DNA of 64,000 nt from Ramazzottius varieornatus (lineage: Eukaryota; Animalia; Tardigrada): contig BDGG01000004.1 of assembly GCA_001949185.1 (NCBI GenBank), positions 1,327,620 through 1,391,619 on the forward strand, given 5' to 3'. Below are positions 23,866-36,534 of the stretch, piece after piece. Made by a program: the position numbers and the translations under genes. The notes under the pieces are model-generated. The model was not told the DNA's origin, did no database searches, and was given only the letters and a program-made list of their open reading frames with translations. How positions within the stretch are numbered: position 1 is the first letter of the stretch; each line of letters starts with the position of its first letter.

Positions 23866-25297
23866 TCACCTCTTGTCAGTTTTATTTTTCGCGGCTCGTT
23901 TGCTCATTAGTTTGAAATAGAACGACGGACGAAGAGTTCGAAGGTATATCGCAAACTGGGTTTTAATATCACATATCAAAAGCTCTTCCTCGCGAGTTTC
24001 AACAGCTCGAATGATTCGATCTGCTACTTCCATGGGATCCATCCCCCGTGCCGTAGTTTCGTCCATTTCTTCGAAGAACAAAGGCGATTACGCAGTGGAT
24101 TCCAAAACACATCAGGCAGTCATATTTATATGAGTTGTAAAGTACTTACTTCCATATATCTTGCCTTGCCCAGTAAGTGCATTCAAAGAAAGGTTCGTCC
24201 TGATGTAGCCAGGACTAACTACTAGAACACTTATATTCTGTTCGTGGACCTCTGCTCGTAAGGCATCGAAATATGCCTGTATGGCATGTTTGGACGCTGC
24301 ATCTATAATGAGAGCAAGTTTTTGTTAGAAGAGTATTACTGTTATGACGAAATTTCACGCGAAATTCTGACTACGTTCGTACATGAGGAGCGTTCCGGAA
24401 TGGCTATCCTGCCCTGAACACTGCTTACCACAGCAATCGTTCCACCGCCTTGCTTGATCATGGCTGGAAGTATTTCTGCAGAAAAGGAACATATCATGAT
24501 TAGTGCAAGTTGGACGTCATCGCGGAAACATCGAGGTTCTCGCAACATAGGAGGAACAGCGAAGACCCTATCAACTCAGCAACAGCGCCACCGACAGCGA
24601 GGACAACCCACATACCTTTGGTTAGAGCAACAGGTGCGAGGTAATTTATCTTCATGACTTCAAAGTCGACAGAGAAACTGTTGTCCATGACAGAGCCTCG
24701 GGAACTCACACCGGCGTTATGGATGATTACGTCGACATGACCAAACGCATTCAAAATTTCCTTCGCTTTGCTCTCCAAGACAGCAAGATCAGCCAAGTCG
24801 AGCTCCACCAGGACCGGAGCATGAATTTGTGGGTAAATCTAAAATACACTGCAGTCCATTTCTTACAAACCCAACAAGGAAGTACAGTATAGTGCATGGT
24901 AAAGGTTCGTGAGTATCCTCGCACAGAGGACTTTCTCGCGAACAGTACTCTCACCTCAGACAGATCAAAGGATAATCGACGAAGCGCGTCCATATTCCTG
25001 CCTGTTAGCACTAAACGTGCTCCTTGAGCCGCCAGTGTTCTCGACAGCGCTGTAAAAGTCGCTCACGGTCTTGTGGATAAAAGATAATTACATGGTACTG
25101 TAACTAAAGTTATACTTCGTACCTAATCCGAGACCGCCAGTGGCTCCAGTTACGCAGACCACCTTGTCGCTTAACTGCAGTTTTAATCGTCGACGACTTC
25201 GCGTAGCTTTGTATACTCCCCACAACACAACAGAGCTTCCCACTATCCCGACAAAAATGGACCTCCAGCTCCACGATAGGGGATCGAGGGATTCCAT
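23866..25297 (-). CDS. DHRS7B: Short-chain dehydrogenase/reductase DHRS7B-like, multi-exon
   Basis: N-terminal TM segment, [58 protein letters not shown]. Confidence 0.88.
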
Positions 25298-25474
25298 TAC
25301 GTAGGCCAGATTATCCAAGCAGTTCCTTCAGATACTGCACGCCGCTGGTTTGAAGAGCCAAGAAGCTACGTGTCTTCGCGTGTGCAAGGCTCTGAATAAG
25401 ACAGAAATTCAGACGTGTGGCCCAGCGCCCGTGGTTCTTCCCGTTTCGTAATATGAATTCGAGACTGAGAGCAA

Positions 25475-25482
25475 CCGGAAGT
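25475..25482 (+). promoter_or_regulatory. ETS-type CCGGAAGT site in the DHRS7B/GYS divergent promoter
   Basis: Exact CCGGAAGT next to a TTACGTCA CRE-like site (~25505). The same motif occurs in the NDUFAF7/UVRAG divergent region. Confidence 0.35.
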
Positions 25483-26053
25483 TACGCTTACTTACGTGCT
25501 GGGTTTACGTCATGTTGTGTTGTATATATGGCTATGTCATATCACCCCTTACCAAGTAATGTCATGTCATTTCATCAGCTGATCGATCGCAACCAAACGA
25601 TCTGCAATCGTGGCTTATAAATACTTGGATAGCGAGCAACAGAGGCCACTGTTCGGAAAATGAGACGCTAAGTTAAACAGCTGATCGGGCCTTTTCGGGA
25701 GCAAGCCTGCAAAAGCTGTCCTCACGCCGAGTTTGCCACTCTTGTCTTTCTGTATCCCATAAGTGTGGTCATACTAGGAGAGCACAACGCGTCTTGCCGT
25801 CTACGCAAAACATCGAAGATTTGCGTCGCAAGACTGGGAGTAGGCTCGTTTCCGGCGAGCGAGGCCCGGTGAGAAAAATCCGGTAAGTAGAAACAGCACC
25901 AGGCGCCCCTTTCCTGCTCTACCATGAACTGCTGTTATCGATTTTACCGGAACCTCGTTCCTTTGCTTCGCTTTCCCAGGTTTGAGTCGCGGTTCAGTGG
26001 GTAGCCGAGAAAGAATTTGCATCTAGTCAGTCCGCAGGAGCCGGCGTTTCACC

Positions 26054-29000
26054 ATGGAGCAAGCGGAGAATATGATGAACCGGAAGATGCGACGCAGCAA
26101 CTCCATAGCGAAGAATCTACGGAGGTTGCAGGGATTTGACACGCAAGTCGAATACGACCATGGAAAATCGGCGGAAGAGGAGCATCGCTATCTGTTCGAA
26201 ATAGCTTGGGAAGTCGCTAATAAAGGTACGGATGAAAGTCGTTCACATGTTGGACACCTGCACTATCCTTACGCATATAATTTGCATATTTGAGTGCTTG
26301 TCCTTGTAGTTGGAGGTATCTACACCGTCATTCGTTCCAAGGCGGAAGTGACGGTTAATGAAATGGGAAACCAGTATATCCTGCTTGGACCCTACAACGA
26401 ACACTGCGTCCGAACGGAAGTGGAAGTGATGGAGCCAGACACGGATGTGCTGAAGAAGTCGATCGAAGACATGAAGAACCAAGGCATAGGCGTAAGTTCT
26501 CATCAACCTCAATAATGGACCTTTTTTGATGGTTCTCTGGTGTTCCTAGGTCGTTTTCGGGCGATGGCTGATCGAAGGATATCCTCGCGTTGTGCTCTTC
26601 AAGATCGAGTCGGCTGCGTGGAAGTTGGAAGAATGGAAGGGAGAACTGTGGAACGCTACTCGAATTGGTATCCCGTGGCAAGATAAAGAATCCAATGATA
26701 CGGTCATCTTTGGGTTCTTGGTGGCATGGTTTATCGGACAGGTTGGTGCTTCTTTAGATCAACTTTGCAGCTTCATTGTACTGATGCAATTCTGAACTTT
26801 TCTAGTTCCGTGCCAACTGTAAAGAACAGCCATACATTGCTTGCCAGTTTCACGAATGGATGGCGGGAGTGGGTCTGATTTTGTGCCGAACTCGGCATAT
26901 TGATGTGACTACCATCTTCACTACGCACGCCACTCTCCTGGGGAGGTACTTGTGTGCTGGCGCGGTGGACTTCTACAACAACCTCGATAAGGTACCAGGC
27001 TTGAGCATGCTCATATCATCGTTTCCAACGAAAAGATACGTTCCTGCTAATCAGAAGTATTTCGGATTGTAGTTCGACTTGGACAAAGAAGCTGGTGATC
27101 GAGGGATTTACCACCGCTACTGCATGGAGCGAGCCGCTGCGAACTGCGCGCACGTGTTCACGACAGTGTCGCAAATCACGGCCGACGAAGCAATCCATCT
27201 GCTGAAACGCAAACCAGGTCAGTTTTTGCTAAGCAGGAGTGAAGGTTTGGTGTGAAGACCAGATGACAGTTAGCGCTGAGCTGCGCCGGTTTTGCGTTCA
27301 CCTGCAATCTGGCATACAATCAGGGAAATGTTCAGCTTGGTGTGTGCGGGTGGGCGAAACACTGGATGTGTCGCTGGGAATCTCCTCAATGGCCGTCAGC
27401 ATGCACGATACCGTTAGTCCTTTTCAATATTATAAAGCTGTTTTGTAGATGTGATCACGCCGAACGGTCTGAACGTCAAGAAGTATACCGCCGTCCACGA
27501 GTTCCAGAATCTGCACGCCCTAGCCAAGAAGAAGATTGAAAACTTTGTCCGCGGTCATTTCTACGGGTAAGTGCTGCATGAAAGCAGCCTGTTCAGGCTG
27601 AACATTTAGCCGGTTGGCGTCGCTGGAGCCTGGGAGATACTGTTTTTAAATGCACGGCTTGTTATTCTTGTACAGGCATTACGATTTCGACTTGGACAAG
27701 ACCTTGTACTTTTTCACTGCTGGTCGGTATGAATTCAGCAATAAGGGTTGCGATTTGTTCATCGAAGCTCTGGCCAGGCTGAACTACTACCTCAAGGTGA
27801 GCTTTTTTCTTTGTTATTCCAGTAGATGCCGCTGTAGTTTCATGTCTATCTTTTGACTGGGGATTTTCGTCGGTTAGGCCTGCGGATCGGACACAACAAT
27901 CGTCTGTTTCGTCATTATGCCAGCTCTGACAAATAATTACAATGTTGATTCACTGCGAGGACAGGCCGTTGTCAAACAACTGAAAGACACCGTCAGAGAC
28001 ATCCAGGAGTCTATCGGCAAAAGAATCTTCGATGTCTGCTTACGGTAAATTAGTGAAACTGACCATTACTGTGGAACTTTCCGTAAAGTTTTTTCGTGAT
28101 TTGACTGTGCTGGCTTTTTTAGGGGAAACCTACCGAAACCGAACGAGTTGCTCACGGAAGACGAGACCGTCAGGCTTAAAAGATGCATGTACGGTGCTCA
28201 GGTGAGATTGTATTCCATAGACCACAGAGAACCTAACCAGAAACACCTTCTTACTTATCGATTGTCTTTCAGAGAAGCAACTTGCCGCCCATCTGCACGC
28301 ATAACATGGTAACGGATAGCACCGATCCCGTGTTGAACGCACTTCGGAGATGCCATCTGTTCAACCAGCGTTCCGACCGCGTAAAGGTAAGAGTCGCTGT
28401 AGTTTCATGAACTGGTACTTTTCATTTCACTCTAAAAGCTTTGTTCGAAGAGACGCCTGAGCCTTGGTACCACTTCCTGGTCCACTACTTTAGTTGTTTT
28501 TCTGCTTGGCAGGTGGTTTTCCATCCGGAATTTCTGTCCTCTACCAGCCCTCTGCTACCGATGGACTACGATGAATTTGTTCGCGGATGCCATCTGGGTA
28601 CGTTTGTGCATTTCGTTGTTCTGACTAGAATACTTGAATCATATATTCTTGTCGATGATGGTAACTTTGATCGGTTATTTACAGGTGTTTTTCCTTCATA
28701 CTATGAACCGTGGGGTTACACGCCAGCTGAATGCACGGTTATGGGAATACCGAGTGTGTCGACAAACCTGTCAGGCTTCGGATGCTTCATGGAAGATCAC
28801 GTGGCGGACCCGCAGTCCTACGGAATCTACATCGTCGATCGACGTTTCAAGAGCGCGGAAGAGTCGGTCAAGCAGTTGGCTCAGAATCTGTTCGACTTCT
28901 GCCAACAAACTCGGCGACAGCGAATCATCCAGCGTAATCGTACTGAGCGTCTTTCCGACATCCTTGACTGGAAGAACCTTGGACAGGTACCTTCCTTCAA

Positions 29001-29493
29001 CCACTGTGCAACTTTCTTGTAAGGATCCAGGTTGCTGCCATCACTGGGCTTTTACTTTACAGTACTACGTTCGAGCTAGACAACTGGCTCTAGCCAAGGT
29101 CTTTCCGGACAAGTTCGAGGAAGACCAGGTACGGTATTTGGTACATTTATTTTCGAAGGTCGAAGCTTCCCGCTGCAAGCAAGGTATACTGGTTTTAGCC
29201 GGATGCTAGCAGACGCCAGATATCGAGACCCGGATCGGCAGCGGGTTCACCTCAAGGGTAAGTGGCTCGAGTCTCTAACCTACCTGTGGCGTTGTGAAAG
29301 TAACGTGGGGCTCTGTTGCAGCTCGCGAGCTTCCACGCCCACTCCCGGTAGCGGTTCCGACAGTGACAAGGACAAGGACAAGAAAAACACCGATGGTGCT
29401 TCGAACTCGACGACGTTCAATGGTCATAGTAACAGTTACTCTAGTCCCAGCAGTTCGGAGGACGAAGACGAAGAAGGACGACGCTACGAGTAA
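26054..29493 (+). CDS. GYS1: Glycogen synthase, multi-exon
   Basis: [87 protein letters not shown], and the C-terminal SxxxSxxxS GSK3 tract [16 protein letters not shown]. Confidence 0.97.
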
Positions 29494-29806
29494 CTTCGTC
29501 CCAGAGAGACACAATACGTGGTATTACAATATCCTAGATTCTTAGCCGTGTGAGACTTGTGATGTGGATTGTGAATTTGTGAAAGCTCAGGCGCGAATCT
29601 TTTGCAAAGACTATGCTGTCATTCTACATTTTCAATTCTAATCCTGAGATTACGCTCCTGGTGACTGAAATTTGTTGGTGACTAGAAGTAGACTACACTA
29701 GCCGTCTCGGTGCGTTGGTTAACGATTGCTCGTTTTATTCTGACAAAAGTATTGGTAAACGAGCGTATCTTGTGCTTTCTGACAGATAGAAAGGATTCAT
29801 TTAGAT

Positions 29807-31269
29807 TCAAAATCCACCTGTAACAGGTCCGAGCTTACTTCGCGCATATCCAACAATACTGAAAGCGAAAAACTGACCGCCCATTTTCTCGGGATTGATA
29901 AGGAGGTCGCAAGCTTTAGCTAATCGTTCTTCCTCCTCTGAACTACGACAAGCCCGTAAAAGCGCGTTGAAACGCTGCTCGAAAGCCATGTTATACAAAA
30001 ACTTCGACTGAGTGATTGGACCAAAACACAGTGCTTTATCTTCTAATAAATGCTTCATCAAAGAAAAGTCCACATCGGTCGTCAAGTCAGTTTCTCCCGG
30101 AGCAGCTAACGGTTCCACAACTTGATGCTTGTGAAATCCTCGCAGAGTATCCGCCTTGGTTCCTTCATGACCGTAATCTATGATCAGCGCACTTCCGCCA
30201 TCAGTGCTGACTCTACTGGAAACGTCATCCAGGACCGTTGCGGCTTCAAGAGAGAACTCCAGATGATCGCGCTCTCTGCTCTTTGGCGGAACGACACGAA
30301 CTACAGCTGTTTCTGCATGCGCAATGACGAACCGCAGATCCGACTTGTCTTCGGTGATATCTACCAAAACTTCCCGTAGACCACTACTAGTCTTCTGTAA
30401 CTTATGGATGGGTAGCGCGTCGAAGAACTCGTTGGCTACGATGAAGGATGGCGCTCTTGGTACATCTTCGATCCGCTGATACCAGAAAACTGGTACGGAG
30501 CCTATTTGAGAAAGCCCCTGCTGGAATGAGTTATGTTCGTCAACAAAGTCCAATTTCACTCTTAGTTTCTCTGCCTGTATCTTCGCCAACATTCGACTCT
30601 TTTCCACCAAGTGGAGTGACACTTGCCCGCTGGTCTGCGGTATGGACTTAAGGACGCGAAGAAGGTCGTAAGCGAGGGTGCCGGTTCCGGGTCCGAGCTC
30701 GATGATCTGAAAAGGTTTCGGGCCACCTAATATGCTCCACTCGTTGACACACCATAGTCCGATGAGCTCGCCGAATATTTGGCATACTTCCGGTGAGGTG
30801 ATAAAGTCACCACTCTTTCCGAAGGGCTCTTTCCTTGTATAATAGCCGTAGTAGGGGTTCGTCAGGCACTCTTTCATGTACTCGGCGATGCTGATAGGAC
30901 CTGTTGATTTCATACGTTGTTGCAGATATCGCAGGAATTCCGAAGGCTGTGGGTGACGTGTTCCGTCGGGTTCCGTAAGCTGAGCCATGCTTTTGCAAGG
31001 CAAAACAGATACAACGGTAGGACTACCACTTTTTTGCAGAAAACATGCTCTGTTTCGACATTTCTGCTGCGCGATCGAGTAGGGGAAGGCCCGAATACGG
31101 GTGAGCTTTGAAGGAGACATGGTCATCTTCTTAGGCAGCCATCCAGTAAGATCCGATGCAAAGAGCTTCTTCCAGCCGAAACCCCGTTTCCTAACCTGCA
31201 CTCCAACCTGCGGACTGCTTGAGCAACTTGAATCTTGAAGGACCTAAGGAGATGAAAGGGGAAATACAT
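29807..31269 (-). CDS. NDUFAF7: Mitochondrial protein arginine methyltransferase NDUFAF7/MidA
   Basis: GPISIAEYMKECLTNPYYGYY, GDFITSPEV.QIFGE, IIELGPG.GTL, ANEFFDALP, IDYG, DLTTDVDF. The probable first exon is MYFPFHLLRSFKIQVAQAVRR (presequence-like) from ATG 31269. Confidence 0.92.
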
Positions 31270-31293
31270 CGGAGGAAACGAGTTCTGAAGCCA

Positions 31294-31301
31294 CCGGAAG
31301 T
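31294..31301 (+). promoter_or_regulatory. ETS-type CCGGAAGT site upstream of NDUFAF7 (divergent with UVRAG)
   Basis: Exact motif ~25 bp from the inferred NDUFAF7 ATG. Confidence 0.35.
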
Positions 31302-31366
31302 GGATCGAGTGCCACTGGTTAGTGCCTAATGTTAGTGATTTTTGCGGATATAAGCAGAGCTCGGAA

Positions 31367-31420
31367 GGAAAAATTGAAGGAAAATTGAGGAAAATTGAGG
31401 AAAATTGAGGAAAATTGAAG
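31367..31420. repeat. Tandem 10-bp repeat (GAAAATTGAG) x ~5
   Basis: ggaaaaattgaagg aaaattgagg aaaattgagg aaaattgagg aaaattgaag. Confidence 0.85.
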
Positions 31421-31866
31421 GGGTACACCCTTGACAGCGCCAAAAGTGATCTGGCCTAAGTTAGAAGGACTGATTTATGATTGACTAACAGTAACAACAA
31501 AGTTTTCCGACACTCCACCGGGAGCCCCCATAATGGATGTTTAGACTCCCAGGGCTTTAGGCTCGTGTCGACAACATCCGCTGACCCTCATTTCTTCTGC
31601 AGTGTTCCTCATGGAAGATCGTCCTTCGAGTTAGAACTAGCTTGGTGATTGCATCTCCTTCGACATCTCGACCTGTGATTCCTTAGCTCTGGATAAGTAT
31701 TCGTGCCTCCGAAGGTCTTCATCGACTGTCAGTATGCAGAAGGACCGGAGAACATTGGACACGTGAAGCATGTCCGCAAGATCAGCTATGCGATCATTGG
31801 CTTCCGGTGGACATTTTAGCACATCTTCTGTTTCGCACCGTGAAACCCCTCCTCGATCTGCTTACC

Positions 31867-33876
31867 ATGTTAGAGGGAAGCTTATCGTCTTCTGGCCCTG
31901 CACGCTCAGTGGATCCCCTCTGCATACAGGTACGATCGGTCCATGCACGTCAGTATGCGTTGTGGATGCCCATTAGCTGCATAATGCAACTCTTATATCG
32001 TCAGTCTACCTTCAGTGAATCTTGCTCACTCCTTTTGTAGAAACGTCTACGAAATATTTGCGGTGTGGCGATCAGGCATCTGGATGTACCAGGGGACAGA
32101 CTGAACATGCAGATTCCGTTCAACCTCGCTTTCACTCTGAATCGCACCGCAAGTCGGAACACAGAACCGTTCTTTATAAGCAAACTCATCGAAAATTCCG
32201 CTGTAAGTACCCGACATTTCACTTGCCGTTCTGTGAATGTTTCCCCTGCTGATTCTTCTAGTTTGCAGAATCCGTTATGGGAAGAGTTGGATTTCGACCA
32301 CTTGCTCCAGTACCCAGAAGAGCTGAACCAGCACCAGATATGCGTACAGGTCTTCAGTTGGACGTCCTCGAGATGGAAACGGCTTCTATGCTGGGAGTTG
32401 GACTTGCGAGCGCTGTCGTGCGTTGGAGAAAATTTGGATACGATAGAAATGGATTTCCCTTCTAATACTGTAATATTCCTGCTCAAAAGTGGCGTTTATG
32501 TGTGTCCTGCCGACATTCCTCCGACAGCTCCCCCGTATATCCGCCCACCTGCCCGCACAATACGGAAAGGCTGCTCGCTTCCTTCCATTCGACAGCTTTT
32601 GAAACTGGAGAAAGACGCAGCAGATGTGCGGAGAAGAAGATTAAAAGCGCAACTTTCCGTAAACGAGGTAATACTCCACCCAGAACCGAAGAACTTTCCC
32701 ATACCAATATTCCTGTCTTTTTTACAGCTAATAAGTACGACTGCTGAAAGCGCTACCATTCAACGGCGGATTGAACTAACTGAATCACGCTTGAAGACAT
32801 TACGATATTCATTAGAAGAGTGCCACATTCAAAGTATTTCTTTGAAGCAATATACGAAAGATCTGGAGAACAACAACCAAATGCTCAACAGTAGACTGGA
32901 AGCCGATCAAGCCAGACTCAACTTGGAGAAGGACGAGTTACCTTTGAGGAAAGAAAAGCTCGTTGAACGTCGAGCTTCCTTAACAAGAGTAGCCACCGAA
33001 CTGAGGAAACGTCGGCTGGAGATGGTCAAAAGTATCAGCCTGATCTACCCCATCAACCGGAGCGCCAGCGGAAGAACCTTTGTTTGTTCCGTATGGCTGC
33101 CACCCGTCGACCAGTACACTAACTGTGATGACTTGACGCTGTCAGCTAGCCTTGGGTACGCGGCGCATTCAATGATAATGTTGTCCAAGATACTCAACAT
33201 TCCTTTGAGGTACCCGGTGAAGTTCCAATGTTCCATGTCATCTATACAAGACTTGACATCTCCAAAACTCTTCGACCGAGAACGAGAGTAAGACCAACAT
33301 TTCCATCCAAAAATGGGAACGTGGGTAAATGGTTTGAATCAGAGCGTTTTCCCAAGTGGCGCACGCTTCCAGCTTGTAATAACGGAAACACGCGCCGCTT
33401 GAGATAAGGATTTGGTTTAGCTCATTTGCCCGGCTCCATAAATCATTGAAAATTTTAAAATTTATTTTTTATTTCTTTACAGGTTTCCTCTTCAGTGTAT
33501 AAAGATCAGTGATCGGGCCCAGTTTCACGTTGGGGTTTTCTTGTTCAACCTGAACATTGGTCAGTTGAGAATGCAGTTCGGACTGAACACTTGCGGTGCT
33601 GAACTAAAGAAGACTATTGAGAACATACAAAACTTGATGATTGAGAGACTTGGTGTAGTATCGCCTTCCGTCAGAGTACCATCAGCAGTGTCGAATGGTC
33701 TTTCGGCACCAAGTCCGGTGCCTTCAGAAGCCACGCATGCTGCTTCCGCGTCGGAAATCAGTGAGAATGGTATCATCGAAGAAAATGGCCAAGTTTCGAA
33801 CGCGCAAGATTTTAGACGGACCAAAGCGCAACCAAGTTCCACTTCCGCTGTTTTTATTCCAGAGAGTACTAGCTAA
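31867..33876 (+). CDS. UVRAG: UV radiation resistance-associated protein (Vps38/UVRAG)
   Basis: PLCIQ|KRLRNI, C2-like FFISKLIENS...NPLWEELD, FPSNTVIF, coiled coil, IYPI, LGYAAH...ILNIPLRYP, FPL...LFNLNIGQLR. Confidence 0.85.
33353..33401. repeat. 49-bp palindrome family, copy 7 (UVRAG intron)
   Basis: caagtggcgcacgcttccagcttgtaataacggaaacacgcgccgcttg. Confidence 0.8.
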
Positions 33877-34030
33877 TGTTCGATGGAGCAGACAAACCGA
33901 GAACTGCAGTATTTTTGCAACGAAAAACCTTGCTGAAACTGTGTTATATGAGTTATAAATTTAGACCGGTGTGCTTTTTTATCGATTTATATTTATTTAT
34001 GTACATGTTTTACTTGTTGATTGACAAAGA

Positions 34031-35190
34031 TTACACTGTTTGATTTAAACCACTGACGACCTTTCCGTGACTTGATTCCTTGTGGCGCTTCAAATCTATC
34101 TTCCGTTGGAATGCCTCGTCGCAGCGGTCGCAGGAAAACGGCTTATATGTTGAATGCTTCCGCATATGGGTGATCAAGTTACTGGACTGGCTGAATTGCT
34201 TTCCACAGATCACACATTTGTGCGGTTTCTCACCTACGAACCAAAATTCTTAAAAGCAGAACGAAATCGTGTTGATTTCACCATATGAAAGTGACCTACC
34301 CGTATGAATATAGGTATGCTTTTTCATGTCAGACTTCTGATGGAAACGCTTGCCGCAGAAATCGCATGCGTGAGGTCGCGTGTCGGAATGGATTAGCAAA
34401 TGAGTCGAGAGTGTGGAGGATCTAAAAAACACCCTAGATTTGTACGTCATCCAAAACAAGAGTCTGTTGATGTACAAATCGTCAAGCTCAATGCAGATCA
34501 GCTTTTACGAATGCGATTCTGAATATCTGGATGTTTTTATTGATGCGATTCTGCAGAGATCAAGCGCGCAAAATTGGAGCCAGACACCGAAGAATTCACC
34601 TTTTGAAAGCCTTTCCACAGTGACCACATGGAAAATGCTTTCGTTCGGACAGTTCCGTTTCATGCAGCGCAGTAGGTCCTTCGAAATTTTCGCCAAACGG
34701 GAAAGGCGCAGTTGCAGTTCCACGAGGTACCGGTAGAAAGGAATGAGTTCCAAAAGGATTACAGGCTTTATAGTTAAACAATGACAGGCCATAAGGAAGT
34801 GGAAAGCTGAACTGCGGCGGCAAGGCAAAGGGCATCAATGGATGCTTTTCTCTGTAGAACATTGAGATCCACCACGGAAAACTTCCTAGAAAGATCATTG
34901 TACCGTTTTTTACACCAAATAAGGACGATTGAAAATCTCACCTTTGGGACAAACAATAGGACAAATTGGATGTGGGGAAGTGGGAGGCCTCATCGCTGAG
35001 GGAGCCTGCAAGCCTGCCAACGAAAGAAGGTCATGAACAGAAGAAAAATTTTGCAATTTTTAGGACTTCGAAAAGATCACTCACCACGATGCTCGAATGG
35101 TCGAAGCGCCTCTCGTTGCAGAAACGGACGTCTGATGTTGCCATCAAGACTTTGTTTCTGGGCCCGATCGAGGTCACGGATTCTTGGCAT
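34031..35190 (-). CDS. sens: Gfi1/senseless/PAG-3-family C2H2 zinc-finger transcription factor (4 fingers)
   Basis: [68 protein letters not shown]. The 5' exons were inferred from splice phases (MPRIRDLD...). Confidence 0.88.
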
Positions 35191-35772
35191 AGTATTCGTA
35201 AAGGTCGATATGAAAAAACCCGTGTTTTAAGGAGATGGAAGTTTGAAGCTCTCGAAGTGAGCGGTGGATAATGGAAACGGTTGGAAAATATGGACGGGAA
35301 TAGGTGCGACCTCGAATGATGGTCCCTCTCGGGTTTATGCGTGATTGCACGAAAGGTGGGTAACTCTTCGGCCTTGCGCATATTTCATTCGCTGTATACC
35401 GATACTGATTCGGGGAGGGAACATTCGTAGTAGCTTGTTGAATTCCATCCTCCATCAGGTGAAAAGCGTCGATTTCCGGCTTTAATTTTATAAAGCCATC
35501 ATAAATCATTTAATAGTCCACTTCACTTCCATGTCAAGCTCATCACGCCATTTGCTACCGTAAACGATACACTTTATGGAATGTTTGCTACATAATTAAC
35601 GAGGATGATTTCACGCATGCTTTTGAAAACTATGTATTGTGCAAGTGCGAGTGTCGCTATACAATACACAAAATCATAATAACTACTGTCTCGCTGGAAA
35701 AGTTTTGGGCAATATTGAATTCGAATCAAAATATTTCTGAACTACTGTATGTGTCGTATGAGATGGTTATCT

Positions 35773-35821
35773 CAAGTGGCGCAAGTTTTAGTTATCATTG
35801 GTTGGAAGTCTGCTTTACTCA
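35773..35821. repeat. 49-bp palindrome family, copy 8 (degenerate, intergenic)
   Basis: Left arm caagtggcgca with a degenerate right arm, but the flanks gatggtt...aaccatc pair at the family spacing and are followed by tttgtttgc. Confidence 0.55.
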
Positions 35822-36534
35822 CGACAACCATCAGTAAGTTTTGTTTGCACAGCTCCTAAATGAAAATCATCATTGGATTCCGAAACCCAAATAAAATTCT
35901 CATGAAATTTCCGCCCACACGGTTTCCTGTACAGCATCTGGGCTTTTTGATGCTTCGTCTGATTCGGCCAAAGTGCAAAAGTACAGCACTGGGAGTACTG
36001 GGCGTGTCCCATGGGACTGGAAGTTTAAAGGTTCACTCCTGGTAAACTGCCCAGTACAATCTTGTCCATTAGGAAAAAAGCTACATTATGTCAACAGGAT
36101 GACTTGATTAGGTCGCTCCACCGGACCCGATAGGACACTGATGCACCTCAAAACGTAATGCATTTACATATTTGAAACTTCCAGGTCGGGAGCTTTGGAA
36201 CTAAAGTACAGAGTAATTCCAAAGCACTCTGCTCATAACTGCCGATCTGAAAATATTGTTGTCCTTTTAATGCACCGCGTTCACATTGCCCGTACTGTAC
36301 CGGGAATAACTCTAATGCAGCTGCAATATGGGAGTGTTAAAAGGGGCATTAGCGTGGACGTTTAACGACCTCTTCAATGCATTGACAAACTATGAAGAGA
36401 CAAAGTTTGAGCCAATAGAAAGAACATTAAGCCCTGCTTTCGTTTACTTGTACGGCTCAATACCATCATTATCAAACTTCAGGTTGCGTGACAAGTTAGC
36501 ACACAAACTCGGATCATCATCCCTGATCCAAACA

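Noticed and set aside
27326-27607. ~14-bp complementarity between GYS introns flanking one exon (aaatgttcagcttg / caggctgaacattt)
   Set aside because: Short and imperfect, so compatible with chance.
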